Assembly (NCBI GenBank): GCA_002269645.1
Contig: NIVC01001485.1
Span: forward strand, 124,001-188,000
From: Macrostomum lignano
Lineage: Eukaryota
Direction of reading: 5' to 3'
DNA length: 64,000 nt
The translations under genes and the position numbers were made by a program. Shown in pieces: positions 1 through 40,300 of the stretch. The notes beneath the pieces were generated by a model. That model searched no databases. It saw only the letters and a program-made list of their open reading frames with translations, and was not told the origin of the DNA. The first letter of the stretch is position 1, and each line of letters starts with the position of its first letter.

Positions 1-998
1 TTTGCATGTACATGCAATGCGGACAGGAGATAAATATTGATATGATGACTCTGGTGTATGTAAGTGTATATCTAAAACGCACAAAAACAACACATATTAA
101 AAAGAGTGCAAGGCAATATAATTTTAAATAACAATGGCTAAACTGAATTTATATTTGCTTACCGTTGCAAGTTTTTTACAATTATAATTCCCATATAGAG
201 TAAATTATGTTGACAGAAGCTGATGAAGGGGTGCAGTATGTACACAACTCGGAGAAACAGGCCATGATATACGCTATTAATAATTAAAGTGTTACAATTG
301 CACACAGGTAAGCGTGGCTCCCGATTGCTGTTTTAATTGTGTCTCTGAACTCTGGTAATTAAAAGAGTTCCTTGAATAATTTAACTGAATACAAACAATA
401 CACCTACAACACAGGTAGACAGTGAATGACAAAACACCTAAATAATTAGTAACATAATTATTGCATTGCCAGGACTTTGACCAACAATTATCATAAATAT
501 TTATAATTTCATAAATTAATTAAGGAAAGTATAGGAGAGATTAAAAGACACACAGACAGAGCAGAATCGCAAACGCTGAAAAAAGAAAACAATTGTAAAA
601 ATGCAATTCTACACCAATTTTTATGTTTCTGATCAAATTAAAATACGACTGATCAACCAGCCAGTCCGATTAAACATAGAGAGACTAACAGCAACGTTAA
701 ACAGAAAAGAATCAACAAACAGAGGCGGGCGACTGATTAAAAAACACAACAGACAAAGCAATATGCTTTTATTAGCCGTTGAAAGCAAAAAAATGGAGAA
801 AAAATCCTGATAAAATTGCAGCGAAACCACAAAATAAACTGACAGCACAGAGCAAGAAGACAACAATGAAAGCAGAAAGAAGCAAAGCAAAAAAATCAGC
901 TGATTGCGAATGTAGGATCCAAAATGTATTGCGCGTCGGAAAACGTCATTACAGAGAAAGAACTCTTTCTTTTATTTGATAGTTGAATAGATAGACTT

Positions 999-1665
999 TG
1001 GCTGGGGTGTGTGTACTCTGGGGTTAGAGGGATAGGGCTTGGCTGGGGTGTGTGTACTCTGGGGTTAGAGGGATCGGGTTTGGCTGGGGTGTGTGTACTC
1101 TGGGGTTAGAGGGATAGGGCTTGGCTGGGGTGTGTGTACTCTGGGGTTAGAGGGATCGGGTTTGGCTGGGGTGTGTGTACTCTGGGGTTAGAGGGATAGG
1201 GTTTGGCTGCGGTGTGTGTACTCTGGAGTTAGAGGGATAGGGCTTGGCTGGGAGTGTACTCTGGGGTTAGAGGGATAGGGCTTGGCTGGGGGTGTGTGTA
1301 CTCTGGGTTAGAGGGATAGGGCTTGGCTGGGGTGTGTGTACTCTGGGGTTAGAGGGATCGGGTTTGGCTGGGGTGTGTGTACTCTGGGGTTAGAGGGATA
1401 GGGTTTGGCTGGGGTGTGTGTACTCTGGAGTTAGAGGGATAGGGCTTGGCTGGGAGTGTACTCTGGGGTTAGAGGGATAGGGTTTGGCTGGGGTGTGTGT
1501 ACTCTGGAGTTAGAGGGATAGGGCTTGGCTGGGAGTGTACTCTGGGGTTAGAGGGATAGGGCTTGGCTGGGAGTGTACTCTGGGGTTAGAGGGATAGGGC
1601 TTGGCTGGGGGTGTGTGTACTCTGGGTTAGAGGGATAGGGCTTGGCTGTGGGTGTACTCTGGAGT
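999..1665. repeat. G-rich minisatellite, ~41-bp unit (ggctggggtgtgtgtactctggggttagagggatagggctt), ~16 copies
   Basis: Directly visible tandem units with minor indels; lies downstream of the CHD gene 3' end. Confidence 0.95.
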
Positions 1666-2248
1666 AGAAAAAAGGACGCACAATAGTAAAAATCAGTTAA
1701 GCTACATTAAATATTGAAAAAAATGTGCCGGTACAATGGTAATAAACGTGCAGCTGTACTAGTGATACATAGCAAAAGCGAGATAAGCGGCGGTGTACAT
1801 TGAATGCGCATAATCTAGCGAGATAGCTAGCTAGTTGATGTATAAATAACAATTGCAAGCTATTGCTAACCATACTACTAATAACTAGTATATAGTAGTA
1901 AATACAAAGAATGTTAAGCGAGGAAAGCGGGTTGACTTTATTTTTATTATATAACTTAATAAGAACTCTGACTAGCATTATTAAGAAAGTTAAGATCGAA
2001 GTACGAAGTCAGTAGTATAAGTAAAATGAAGCATTAAATAAACAAATAAATAAACAAATAAGCTGAATAACGCTCCATAAAGTTTTTCAAATCAGCTGAT
2101 TGTAGTAAAAAAAGAAATTTGTTTTAACTAAATTTACAATCCAAAAGACAACACAATATTAGCGAACACAAACAACATATATGATTATTAATACTGTATA
2201 TCATTAATCAAGTAAATCGGCGAATGATGATTAAAAAGTACAATTTCT

Positions 2249-28721
<26,473 letters not shown>

Positions 28722-30883
28722 GCCCGCCAGCAGATGATCTCTTGGTAGAGTTGGAAAGAAAAATTGACTTTACAATAAGATTGCTTCGGCTAAAGAATTC
28801 TCTTGATGTGACAAAAACCTGTTGATCAATTTTATTAACAAACTCATACTATCATGCTTTACTCAGAGTTGGCAAAGGTCTCATCCAAAATCTATGGATT
28901 GGCTGGTGCAGTCTGTGCTCTGCAAAGGATATTATTTTAATGTCAAACATTTTTAACTCATATTTTACTATACAAATAATAGAAAAGCAAGCTAACTAAG
29001 GTAGACTAGGTATACTTGTATAATCAAAGATTATCTCTTAGGTCCTAAATTATGCTTGAATATTTACCCACTAATTAAAGACTTTGGACAAAATATGTAT
29101 TGTCACAAAGTGAAAAAGCTTTAATTTATCCTTCTTGGCTTTTATTAGAAGGACATATACCCCTTTTCTCTTTAGTGCTAATGCCTTTATATATTATATA
29201 AAAGTATGAGTTAGGTTGATATTCAATTTAGATAAAAGTACTCTTGTTAATTTATCTATAGATTCTTTTGATAGAAGTTTAAACTAGGGCCTATATAGAG
29301 TAACTAAAAAGAATAACTGTTTTTATTTTTGTTCACACAAAATTTTCATTACTTTTAAATATATATCTACAATGTGTATTTAGCATATACAATGAATATC
29401 CACTTTGATAACTAATACTTTGAAAAATATCACATTGATAATATAGCAACTTCAGTTTAGTAACAAATAAATTATAAACTTTGTGTAAAATATTACCAAT
29501 GACAAAATTGATTAAATAAGGCATAGTAGTATTATAGTATAATATATCTTATTAAAGTACATGGTAAAATGTGCTTAATAACTATCTTAACTATGTTATA
29601 TCAATAGAGCAATTGGGAGGTCACAACTTGGGATTTTACAGTATATAAGGCCTATGTAATAGTCTATTATTTGTAACAGTTATCCATGTATAACTGTATC
29701 TGTATGTATCTATAAATATATGTATCTATATATAAATATTAGTTTTTGTATATAAAAAATAGTTAACAATAGCCAAAGTTAAATCTATGCAAAAACTAAG
29801 AAATAATGTTATAGTTGTTTTAATAAGCAAATTTTTTTGATAGTTATTTTTTATTATAAACATTTCTCCCAAAAACCTTATATACTAGACTATACATACA
29901 TGCACAACTTCCAAAATTGGTCAGCCATGCAACTTAGTTTTAACAAAAATGTGATATAGTTTTGGCCAAAAATGCAACTAACATGTAAAAGAAACCCTAA
30001 AGCAAAATTAATGCAACTTTGGGTAAATGGTAGGAGTAATTATGATTGTCTTATTAAGGCAAAATGCCTCATCATCTACTTAGTACTACTTGGGTATTTA
30101 TTTGGTTGGGAATTTTTGTGACTTACCTTGGTTGGCTGCCAAATTGGTTGGCTAGATCAGCCAACTTGGCCAATTATTGTGTATGTATGAGACTATATAA
30201 CAAATATACATGGCAATCATGGCAAATAAACTAGACTACTTTTATTTTGCAAATTGTTTCATTTATATTCTGACTTATAGTCATAAAAACTTACTTAGAA
30301 ATATTTTAACAAGTTATTCACATTAAACTAAATAGGGCTTGAAGTGCTAATAAAAATACTAAGAGAGAATTAGAGAGTTATACAAAATAAGTTCAGAGAG
30401 TAATGTTGTGACTTTCTAATCTAGGCAATGTCTAAAGGACTAGAAAAAAAATAAGACCACTTATAGGCTTTTAATATTATCGATTCCAGAACCAGAATCA
30501 GTTTAAAGCTTTTCATATTGTCTGTTATGTTTTCAAAAATGGTTCTAGAACCGTGATCCAATTCTGGAATTTGGTTCAAGAAATTTTCTCAATCTATTGT
30601 CATATGTCTTTCAGTGTTGCCACTACAACAACCAAAGAAATTATCGCAGGATAAGAAAAAAATCGCAGGAACAAATTTCTTATTTATCATAGAGAAAAAG
30701 GTGCCAGTATGCGAAAACAGCTTTCTTTTTTAGCTTTCCATTTCTAATTCCATATTCTATTTGACTAAAAAAACTACTACAATTTGCAATAACTGCATTC
30801 AACTCTCACTTACGCCGAATCAGTGAAGGTGAAGTAGTAGTATACAACACAAGCATTTTCTTAAGGGAAAACAGGCATACATA

Positions 30884-31473
30884 CACTCAGCAACAGTCGA
30901 AACTGCCACCCTACCGAGAGGCAACTTCTCTCTTACCTCAACTGCAAGTGACATAACTTGCACCATGGCATGGCTAAAGCTGGGTGAGAGTGAATTCCAG
31001 GGTGAGAGTACAAAAGGGACTGGGGTTGGGGTTGGGGGTACAACAATACACGTGACAATGGTCAGGCATATGATAGACGCTGAACGATGGCGCGCTGTTG
31101 GCATGCTAGAAGCTGGTGCATCCATCAGTGCAGTTGCACTGCAGTCGCTGTTAACGAAGTCCCAAGATACTGGTAGTGTTCAGCACGCAGCCATAGGCAG
31201 CCAGCACCATGATCTCTGCGGCTCAACAGCCAGGGCAAATTGACGTCTGCTGCGGATTGTCAGGCGAACTCTGACTGCACCAGCCACCCTGCTCCATCTA
31301 ATGTGGGGTGAAAGAAGCAGATGGGGCATCCCCTGCATCCCCTGATTGCCCTCTCCTGCATTCACTCACACTCAGCTTTAGCCACGCCGTGGCGCAAGTT
31401 ACGTCACTGCAAGTTGAGGTGAGAGAGAAGTCGCCTCTCTCGGTAGGGTGGTGGTTTTGACTGTTGCTGAGTG
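30884..31473 (+). mobile_element. Non-autonomous Tc1/mariner deletion derivative with ~112-bp TIRs and TA target duplication
   Basis: TA|CACTCAGCAACAGTC...GACTGTTGCTGAGTG|TA. The internal relic MVRHMIDAERWRAVGMLEAGASISAVA resembles the Tc1 transposase N-terminal HTH. Confidence 0.85.
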
Positions 31474-32668
31474 TATAATATAGATTACTGATGTTCATTA
31501 TGGAACTGACCCGAGCAACCAACTAAAACACAAGACGCTACCTACGACTGCTGATGAGTAATAACAATTTTACAATTAAATTTTGTGCTATATTCCAGTT
31601 GTTTGAATCTGTTCTCAATTCTATATAGCTGAAATGAATTCTTTTAATATTTTAATTGTTGATCAATGTTGGTTACTGAAAAAATACTTTTATGTGAATC
31701 TTTGTTTGGCTAGTCAAACATTAGTAAGGCAAAACTGCAGGCTCTTCAGTGGATGTTCATTTTTTCTTTGGAACCTTTGGCAGGACAGATCGAGCGCCGA
31801 ACTCTGGCTGTCTCTTTCGCCAAGTCATTTTGTTAGCAGCTTTCTTCAGTGCTCACTCAACTGCAGCATGCTCAATCTCCTTTTGCCAAGCTTTAAAACC
31901 GGAGGCTTGCACAGCCTCACGCTATATTGATGACATTTATAACACTTAAATTGAGCACAACATGAAACACAGTACTTGAAAAAGTTGAAAGTACTGGTGT
32001 CCACAAAAAATTGAAGGAAATGAGCAAAATAGACAAAATTATCGCTGAGCAATAAAAAAATTGCAGTGGTGGCAACACTATATGCTTATTTAATGCTTTT
32101 TAAAAACTTGGCACACAAACTGGTTTTTAAAAACCATTTTTTTATAAAAGGCAGTTTTCAAACTGGTTAACCAGTTCTCAAATAGGGCCAGTTTTTCGCA
32201 ACTCTATTTGCGGCCTATATGGCATATGTTGAATGTACGCCAACTGTTGCAAGGCAGACCAAATGTATACCAAATATATGCCGAATATCTTTGGCTATGC
32301 CGATGCATGCTGGAATTTTTGACAAAAAGGCCACCTTCCTGACTATAGGGCATATAATCATAGCCTAGGCCTATAGAAGGAATCTACAGTGCTCTTGGAC
32401 TCTTGGTACATAATCATAATATACAATACACAAAAAGGTTCCTCTCCTTCCTGATGCAGTGATGCACTTGGTACATAAAAACTTAAAAGATTTATAAATA
32501 GTATATAAAATATGAAAAAAATTTTAATGACAATACTCAATAGGTTTATTTAAGATGTACTTAGATTACCTATTTAAAATATGTATGAATGGATGTCAAT
32601 TTTTTAATTTTAACAATAGAAGCTAACAATAAAAGTATAGAAGCACTTATTTTTGTAAGGTTTACAGT

Positions 32669-35600
32669 CAGTGGCGTATCCAAGGGGGGGATGGGGGGGA
32701 TACATCCCCCCCGAAGGGCTGAAGAAAAAAAATTTAGGTAATGAATTTTTTACACTTTTGCTTATTTTATCAGTGACTGGAGTGACAGGAGCCTGCCTGC
32801 CAAGTGCCACTGCCAGTAAATGTACGAGCAGATTACAGAATAGTGAGAATACAGATGGCATAATGAGATTTGAAAAGACTCTTGCCCTTCATTTAGAGTT
32901 AAGTTCCTCAACTCTAAGTTCCTTGCCGGGGGGAGGGGCAAGGGGGACGGGTGGGGGGAGGGTTGAAGGAAGAAAGCTAGCTATTTTTCAATTCCTGCCC
33001 TGTCTTATAGATTATATGTACTATCATACTATGTATGTACATTAACATTTCCTTCCAATCTATGGGCTAGCTTAGCTGTGGCTAACATGTTTTAAAGGCC
33101 CTGCCCCAGCCCAGGCCTAGCACAAACCACGAATTAAAAAGCTAACCAATATGGCTCCACCTCCAAGCAAACAACTGAAGCTTGATCAGTTCTTTAGAGC
33201 TTGTACTCCTCCGGCTCCTATGCAGCAACAACAATTACAAAACGAGGACCAACATCAATCAGCTCCTGTTCCTGAAGAGATTATTCTCAATGACGACAAT
33301 GACAGTGACTGCCATCCTAATAGTGACACTGACAGTACTAATAGAAGTTCTACATCTGCGACTGCAACTGCAGAACCTCAATGCCAAGACCTACCAGCAC
33401 AACTACCAGCAGCAGCAGCTATAGAGCCTACAGCTACAGGATTAGCTGGAATTGCCTCTCGTGATATTGATGATGCTGTACAACTGCGCATCCAAGGCAA
33501 GCTGACTGCCGAAATTTGATGGCTCTTCATGAAAGAAACATTAAAGGTTTCTGTGGAATACGAGCTACCTTTCACAGAGGGAGCAAAGCAGAAATTTAGA
33601 CTGAATCACCATCACCTTAATGGGGCAAACAGCTGCTTCTACTTTTTGCCAAGGAAACAAGGTGTTTACTGCCTGCCGTGTGTTCTTTTTGCACCATCGA
33701 CTGGCGCAGGCCAGAAGAACAATCAAGAGTTAGGCAGACTGGTCACTATTCCAGTTACTAACTTTAAGAAGATCACTGACTTCTACTCTAAGCATTGAGA
33801 CTGCCAGTACCATGCGCAAGCATGTGACGCATTCCAAAAAGTTCTGCAGCAAGAAGAATCTGGTGATATATTGGCGCAGCTAAAGACAACTGCCCATGCA
33901 GCTCTTCAGGACAACAGGTACATCTTCAAGGCTGTTCTACATGCTATTGAGTACCTTGGTCGCACAAACCAGGGTCTTCGTAGCCATTGAGAAGATGTTG
34001 GGCGGCTTAGGCTTCCAGACGCACCCGAACTTATTGATTACACACAAGGTAATCTACGTGCCCTTTTGCAGAGAGATGCTCTAAAGGATAGCAAGCTGGC
34101 TACATTGCTCCAAAATAGGCCTTTAAACTCTACTGGTCTGTCACCTGTTGTACAGAACAGGATGATTGAGTGTATTGAAGCTGTAGTTATTCATGATGTA
34201 GTTAAGCCAATCAAGTCATTCTACGCCATAATTGCTGATGGAACTAGCGATATATCCCGTAACGAGCAGCTGTCGATTAACATACGCTATGTTGACGAAA
34301 GTGGAAATGTCCAAGAACGCTTTATTGGTTTCGTTGAACTCAAGAAGCAAGATTCAGCGGCAATTGTCGATGCCATTAACCAGAAGCCCGATATTCTTCA
34401 GCTTGACAAAGATCGGCTTGTTGCCCAAGGCTATGATGGTGCCTCTGTCATGAGTGCTGAAGGAGTTCAGGGCCGGATACGAAGAACTTGTCCAAATGCA
34501 GTCTATGTACATTGCTTCAGTCACTGCCTGAACCTGTGCATTAAGGCTGCAGTGGATGGCCGGCACGGCATTCGAGAACTCAAGGCTGCATTTGCAACAA
34601 TTGATGCTGCATCAAATCACTTCTCACATTCTTCCGTAAGAATGCAGCAATTTTCTGAAGTTGTGGCAAGAAGTCAGAATAACTCAACAAACAAAACACG
34701 ACTAAAGCGGTTCTGTCCCACGCGCTTCATTGATGGCCTGGATAGTGTGTTTAACTTTCTCGAACTCTTTGATGCAGCAGTAGAGTACTTAAATGATGCT
34801 GACCAGTCAGTGTACAATAACATTGTCAATCCGGTGACAATTGTGGCACTGCACGTTCTTCAGGCCTTGCTTGGTGCAATACGCAGTCTTGCAGTTGTGC
34901 TTCAGGTAAGAGGCACCTACAACAAATGCAATAAAAATATAATTTTACAGATAAAATACATGTATGTGCTATGTGTATCAATAACAATATCAAATATAAA
35001 GTACTGGTTTCCTCACCTATCAATATCTAGCTTATATAATACCAGTATGTATGGTGTATATTTTACATGAGAGTGTTGATTATGTAGTAGCAGTACATAA
35101 CATGTACATATTTGAGGTACTTACAATGGTATATTCAAGGTACAGCAAACAAGCAAATACTAAATTATATATGCTTTGTCTATGCATCTTTATTTCAGGG
35201 AAAGGCAATGGATCTTATTGCTGCCAGTGAGGAGGCCAATCGCATTCTCTGTCTCTTGAAGGCTTGGCGTAGTGACTGTGAAGATGCCAAATTCAAGGAA
35301 GTCTTTGCCGCAGCTGAGGAACTTCACAAGAAGCACCACAGAGATCAGCCAATTCCAGATAAGTATCGGGCATTAGCATCCCATCGCAGCCAACATCGTA
35401 GCAATGCCCAAGGCGCTAGTGTTTCTGATACATTCAAGCTGAACATCTGGTATCCAGCCCTTGATCTAATAATTATTGAACTCAGCGAGCGCTTTTCTAA
35501 GTCGGCCAAGGTTGCCACGCAAATGGCAAAGCTGCTACCGGCTTTTTGTGCAGGCCCTGACTCAGCTGAGTCTACTCTAGCAGCAGCCAAAGCATTCGAG

Positions 35601-36529
35601 GAGTATGCGGCATTTTTAGATATGCCTGCAGTTTGCCTGGCAGAATTCGAACGCTGGCAAGCATTCTGCTGCGATTTGCCAGAAACTGAGCGAAATGATA
35701 TGACCATCTCATAAGCAATCAAGCGGTGCAATCCTAGCTTGTGGCCAAATGTCTGCAAACTGCTGACAATTTTCCTTACGACTCCAGTCACAACATGCAC
35801 TGCTGAAAGGTCATTCAGCACCTTGCGCCTTCTGAAGATGTATACCCGATCAACCATGGGCAAACGCCGGCTTAATGGACTTGCCCTACTGGCTATTCAC
35901 AAAGATATCCTGCTTGACTACAATCGAGTAGTTGAGGAGTACTCACGGAGGTTTGACCCGCGGCTCCGTCTACTTTAAGCCATGGACTCAATGACTCATA
36001 ATCATGCAAAAGTAATGTAATATTGTAATTTGAATTTAAATTTTACTAAAAATTTTCTAACTTGCCATCTTGTATCAATCATATTTCTATTTTTTAATTT
36101 CTATGGCCTATTGTACTACTTGTTATTTCTGATTTACATGTACATGCAAACGTAAAATTGTAGTGGTGAATGTCTGGTAAATTATTCATACTCATAGTTT
36201 AATACTTAATAGTTTATCCAAATTATTATCCTACTTATCCAAGTTTGAATTTGCTTATCTGATTAGCTAATTAACTGGAATAGAATGCATAGCTGGTCGA
36301 CTTTTTACATGCTTAATAAAATAAACAATGATTGATGTTGATGTCTCATCCTTAGTAGCAACATTTAATTGAGTTAAACTTGGAGAGGTCCGGTCCTCAT
36401 CAATTTTGTTTTATACGAGTACAATAAGGATAAAAGAAAAACGAAAATAGAGTGCAATCGTTTTCAAAAGTAGGGCCTACTTTGTCTTTTGCATCCCCCC
36501 CCCAAAACAAAATCCTGGTTACGCGCCTG
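32669..36529 (+). mobile_element. Full-length hAT DNA transposon (3861 bp), 8-bp TSD TTTACAGT
   Basis: Perfect TSD at 32661-32668 and 36530-36537. Imperfect TIRs cagtggcgtatccaag / caggcgcgtaaccagg. Internal transposase gene. Confidence 0.93.
33151..35978 (+). pseudogene. hAT transposase (ZMYM1/THAP12-like group), two exons (33151-34905, 35199-35978), four in-frame premature stops
   Basis: TTF-type zinc finger YCLPCVLF, catalytic IADGTSD and GYDGASVM, HCFSHCLNL, RFCPTRF, dimerization motif PVTTCTAERSFSTLRLLK. Intron CAG|GTAAGA...TTTCAG|GGA. Stops at 33517, 33796, 33988 (TGA) and 35712 (TAA); no frameshift. Confidence 0.9.
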
Positions 36530-37387
36530 TTTACAGTTTAAAAAAAATCAATTAGGCCTACTATAATTATAAGAATTATGATAGATTAAGATTAGATATA
36601 GTTTAAGTTTGTTATCATTGTAATAAAAGGCTAAAAATGTTTTTTATGACAATTAAAGACAAAGTAAGTGAGTCAGTAAGTCTATTTCTCTTTTCTTTCT
36701 AGTTTATACTTAAAGGCCTTTTTTAACAGATTCTTAATTTAAGACTTTAATATTGTTAGCATACGCCTAAGCCCTAACGGCCAAAGTAAGCCAGTCTGCC
36801 TGTTGACGGTAAAGAAAGTTTAAGAGTTTACACGTGTGCGGCCGCGTCCGGTGACCTATTATTAAGCTTTACACCTGGACCTACACTTGTGACTCATCCT
36901 GGCATGCATCCCTGGCATGTCCGAAAGCCCTGTAGTAAAATGTTTACTATAAACCAAAGTGACTTTACAGCATGTAATGTTGACGAGCTCAAATACTTTA
37001 GATAATGATGCCTTTCCAAGAACAATTTCAACAACAAGTTAAACCTACACGTAATAATATATAACAAAGTTTTACGCTCTTGTATACTACAAAGAAAATA
37101 TCATATTAAAATATCCTAAATGTTATAAGAAGGTAAAAAACTTTTTAGCAGTAAGTATATGAATTTTGGACTTAACTTTATTTTACTAAAAAATTACTTC
37201 TAACTTGATTTTCTCTCATTTCGTTGAAAAAACACCTGACGCGGGACGAGCAGCAGAGCGCTAAGTGCTGCTTTAGTTAGTCTGGCGTACTACTACCAAT
37301 AGTTTTTTGACTTTACGTCTACAGTGTTCTTATATTCGGCCCAACAATAAGAATTAATATAAATTGCGCACACTAAATCAGTGGGTC

Positions 37388-40300
37388 ATGATTTATGAGC
37401 AGCTTCAGTTGTAAGTGAATGCATCATGCAATCCATGCATGTCTCTGTGAAATGTCACTTAAAGACTAAAGTTTATTTTAATCGCAATAGGCCTATGCTT
37501 ATTAAAATAATAAAATAATTTTCAGCTTTCCTAAAATATCTGGCTGTTTTTGTTACTTAGTCAAAAAAGCTTTACTTTTCTGTGCCATTATCTGTATGGT
37601 AGGCCCACTATTCCATAGCCGGATCATGGCAAGTGTATGCTGGAATGAAAATTCATGTTTTTTCAATTTTACACTAACATAAATTAAAAAATATTTTTTA
37701 CACCAAGACTAAAATTGATTATATGCCATTTTTTAAAGAATATATATTTTTAAGAATTCAAAACTTTTATTTTACTAAACTTTAAAATGGCTCAGCCTAT
37801 TTTTGCTAAAAACTAATATTCTTTGTTTTAATTTGACTTTCTTGTAATTGAATTCTTTTCTATTTTAGTTTTCAATTATTTTTAAAAAGTGAGTACACTT
37901 TATGTTGAACTTAAAAATTCTATATACCAAGTGTATGCTAAGATTGTCAGCGAGAGCAAAAATACACTAGAAAATCCCTATTCTATACCTATTCTATAGG
38001 TGCAGTTTTATTTCTATTTCCTACCACTATCAGTGTTGGGCAAGTTACTCTGAAAAAAGTAACTTCCAGTTAAGTAAACTTTCAATTCTAAGGAAAGTAA
38101 CTTCTGGCACTTGTTCTAACACCGGTAAGCCCTACTTTAAAAAAAGTAACTTCCGGTACTTCCATTATTGGTCCTTTCTAATTTTAAAGAACTGCTAATT
38201 AAAAAGTACTTAAACTTGTCTTCATGAAAAAAACAAAAACATGTGTTAGTCTAGAGTAAAATATAATGTTATTCCTCAAATATAGATGCTATATAATGTT
38301 TTTTGTTATTATCACATCCAAAAGTTAAGTGAATAAATAAGACCTTTACAAAACAAAGATTAACAGTATATCAAGATGATTTGCATAAAAAAATTGGAGT
38401 CTAATTTTCAAATATTGATTCAAACTCTTCAGAGAAGTATATATAGAGATAATTTTTGTCCAATAGATATATCATAATGATCAGTATAAAATACTTCAGG
38501 CAACTCTTAGTTTTTATGGGCCATTCTCTTGTTGCCCTATTATATATAGTATTGTGCTATAGTTTTTTAGCAGCTATATTTTTACAGTAGTATAAGTATA
38601 CTTTTGTACTGCTGACTCATTTAGAATCAATAATAATATTCTGGGAGCCTTAGAAATGCAAGTTAATAGTAAACAAAAAAGATACCAGACATCAAATGGC
38701 TAAGGAATTTGATAGATAGACCAAAGCCTCAAAGGAATTAAAACTCAAAACCTTCTTAGAATGCATCACTTGTATTGTCCTGCACAAACATTGAAATGAA
38801 GAAATTGTGGCCTTCAAAAAATGTTCCACAAATCACAAGTATAGCATCTGAATGTATTGTTAGTTATGCTTGTTAGAAAACTTGCAAGGAGTTGTTAAAA
38901 AAGGATGTTAATTGTTTTGAATGTGTCATGTTTCAGCAATAGTAATACCAATAATTACTTCATTCTATGATTTTATATGATGCTTAAAATGTGCTTTAAC
39001 CTTAAAAGTAAAAACCACATGATCTAGGATCATCATTTTTATATTTTTATCATTGTACTATGTCTATGAGTATTTTGGTAAATTTTTTGCACTTTTGGGA
39101 AATATTTAATGCTAATTGACTGTTTGGCACCTAAAATTTTATGTTTAAGTACCAGAAGACCAGACTTATCAAAAAGTAACTTCCATTACCATTTAGACAG
39201 TATAAAAATATAAAGTTGAATAAAAATTGTGCCTGCAGTTTTAAAAGTTTCAAAATCTTACTGGAGTCCCTAATAAAAGCATACTAAAATAACATATACA
39301 TGTATTCTAATTTGGTAAATATGCCAATTTAAGAATCTAGCCACATTCCTATCTCTAGAAGATATAATATAAGCCAGAATTTTTTGTGTGCATTTGAAAA
39401 TGTCAGCATGCACAGTGTGTATTTTAAAATATCAGTGTGCAATTGAAAGAAAGTATAGTAGGCCTAAATTTTGAGTGTGTGCAAATGGCATGAATGTGCA
39501 TTATAGTGCATCTGTGTAGGGCATATGATAGATAGGCATTCAAAGTTATTTACCATAGATTTTTTTTTACAATTCAAGGCTAATTAGAACATGCCTCCCC
39601 TGAAGAGAGAATTCGGTCGATACAATATGCCCTGAAAACTTCTGAGGCTCTGGCAGAATGGATTAGTTTCATTCTATACCGATATCAACTAAAGTCACTG
39701 TAATATTTTGCATACCTGTACACTGTGCAGACAATGCGATAGGATTTCTAGGATTGCTTTTTTGGACTTCTGCTGGGTCATGGATTCATGGGAAATCAGT
39801 AGTTTTCAGGGCATATTGTATCGACCGGGTTCTCTCTTCAGGGGAGGCGTGAGAAGAGTTATTTTTCTAAAAGTATTAACTTGGATAAATCAATCTAAAT
39901 AGTAGAAAAGATATCAATAGTTTATTGTTAGTTTGTTGCATTTGCAAAGGCCCTTTATTGTTGCAACTGCAATTGGTATCAGTATGCATTTACTTGGCAT
40001 TAGCATGCATTGATTCAAAGCATTCTGGTATGTACTCAGTATGATCTAGACTATGGGCCACTCAGGAAGGCATATATTAAGGTAGAAAATGCCAACACAC
40101 ATAAACAAAATGTGTGCAAAATGGCATACACAGCACACAAAAAAGATAAATAGAAATCTTTAGCACAGTAGGGTATAACAAAAGCTGATCAGAAAGATTT
40201 AGCTTATAGCTAATCACCTAAAATTGATAATTTATATTTTATTTATACAAAAGCTGATCAGAAAGATTTAGCTTATTGCTAATCACCTAAAATTGATAAT

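Noticed and set aside
633-890. Hydrophobic 85-aa ORF as a membrane protein
   Set aside because: Reverse complement of A-rich sequence; no splice or homology support.
30612-32080. hAT-like element defined by AGTGTTGCCAC inverted ends enclosing the Tc1 element
   Set aside because: Only an 11-bp match and no convincing 8-bp TSD.
33517-33990. UGA recoding (Trp/Sec/readthrough) to explain three in-frame TGAs in the transposase
   Set aside because: All six host genes in the window terminate at TGA and a fourth stop is TAA; CGA-to-TGA mutation is simpler.
38030-38165. CAGTGTTGGGCAAGTTACT transposon terminus
   Set aside because: No matching opposite end found by eye.
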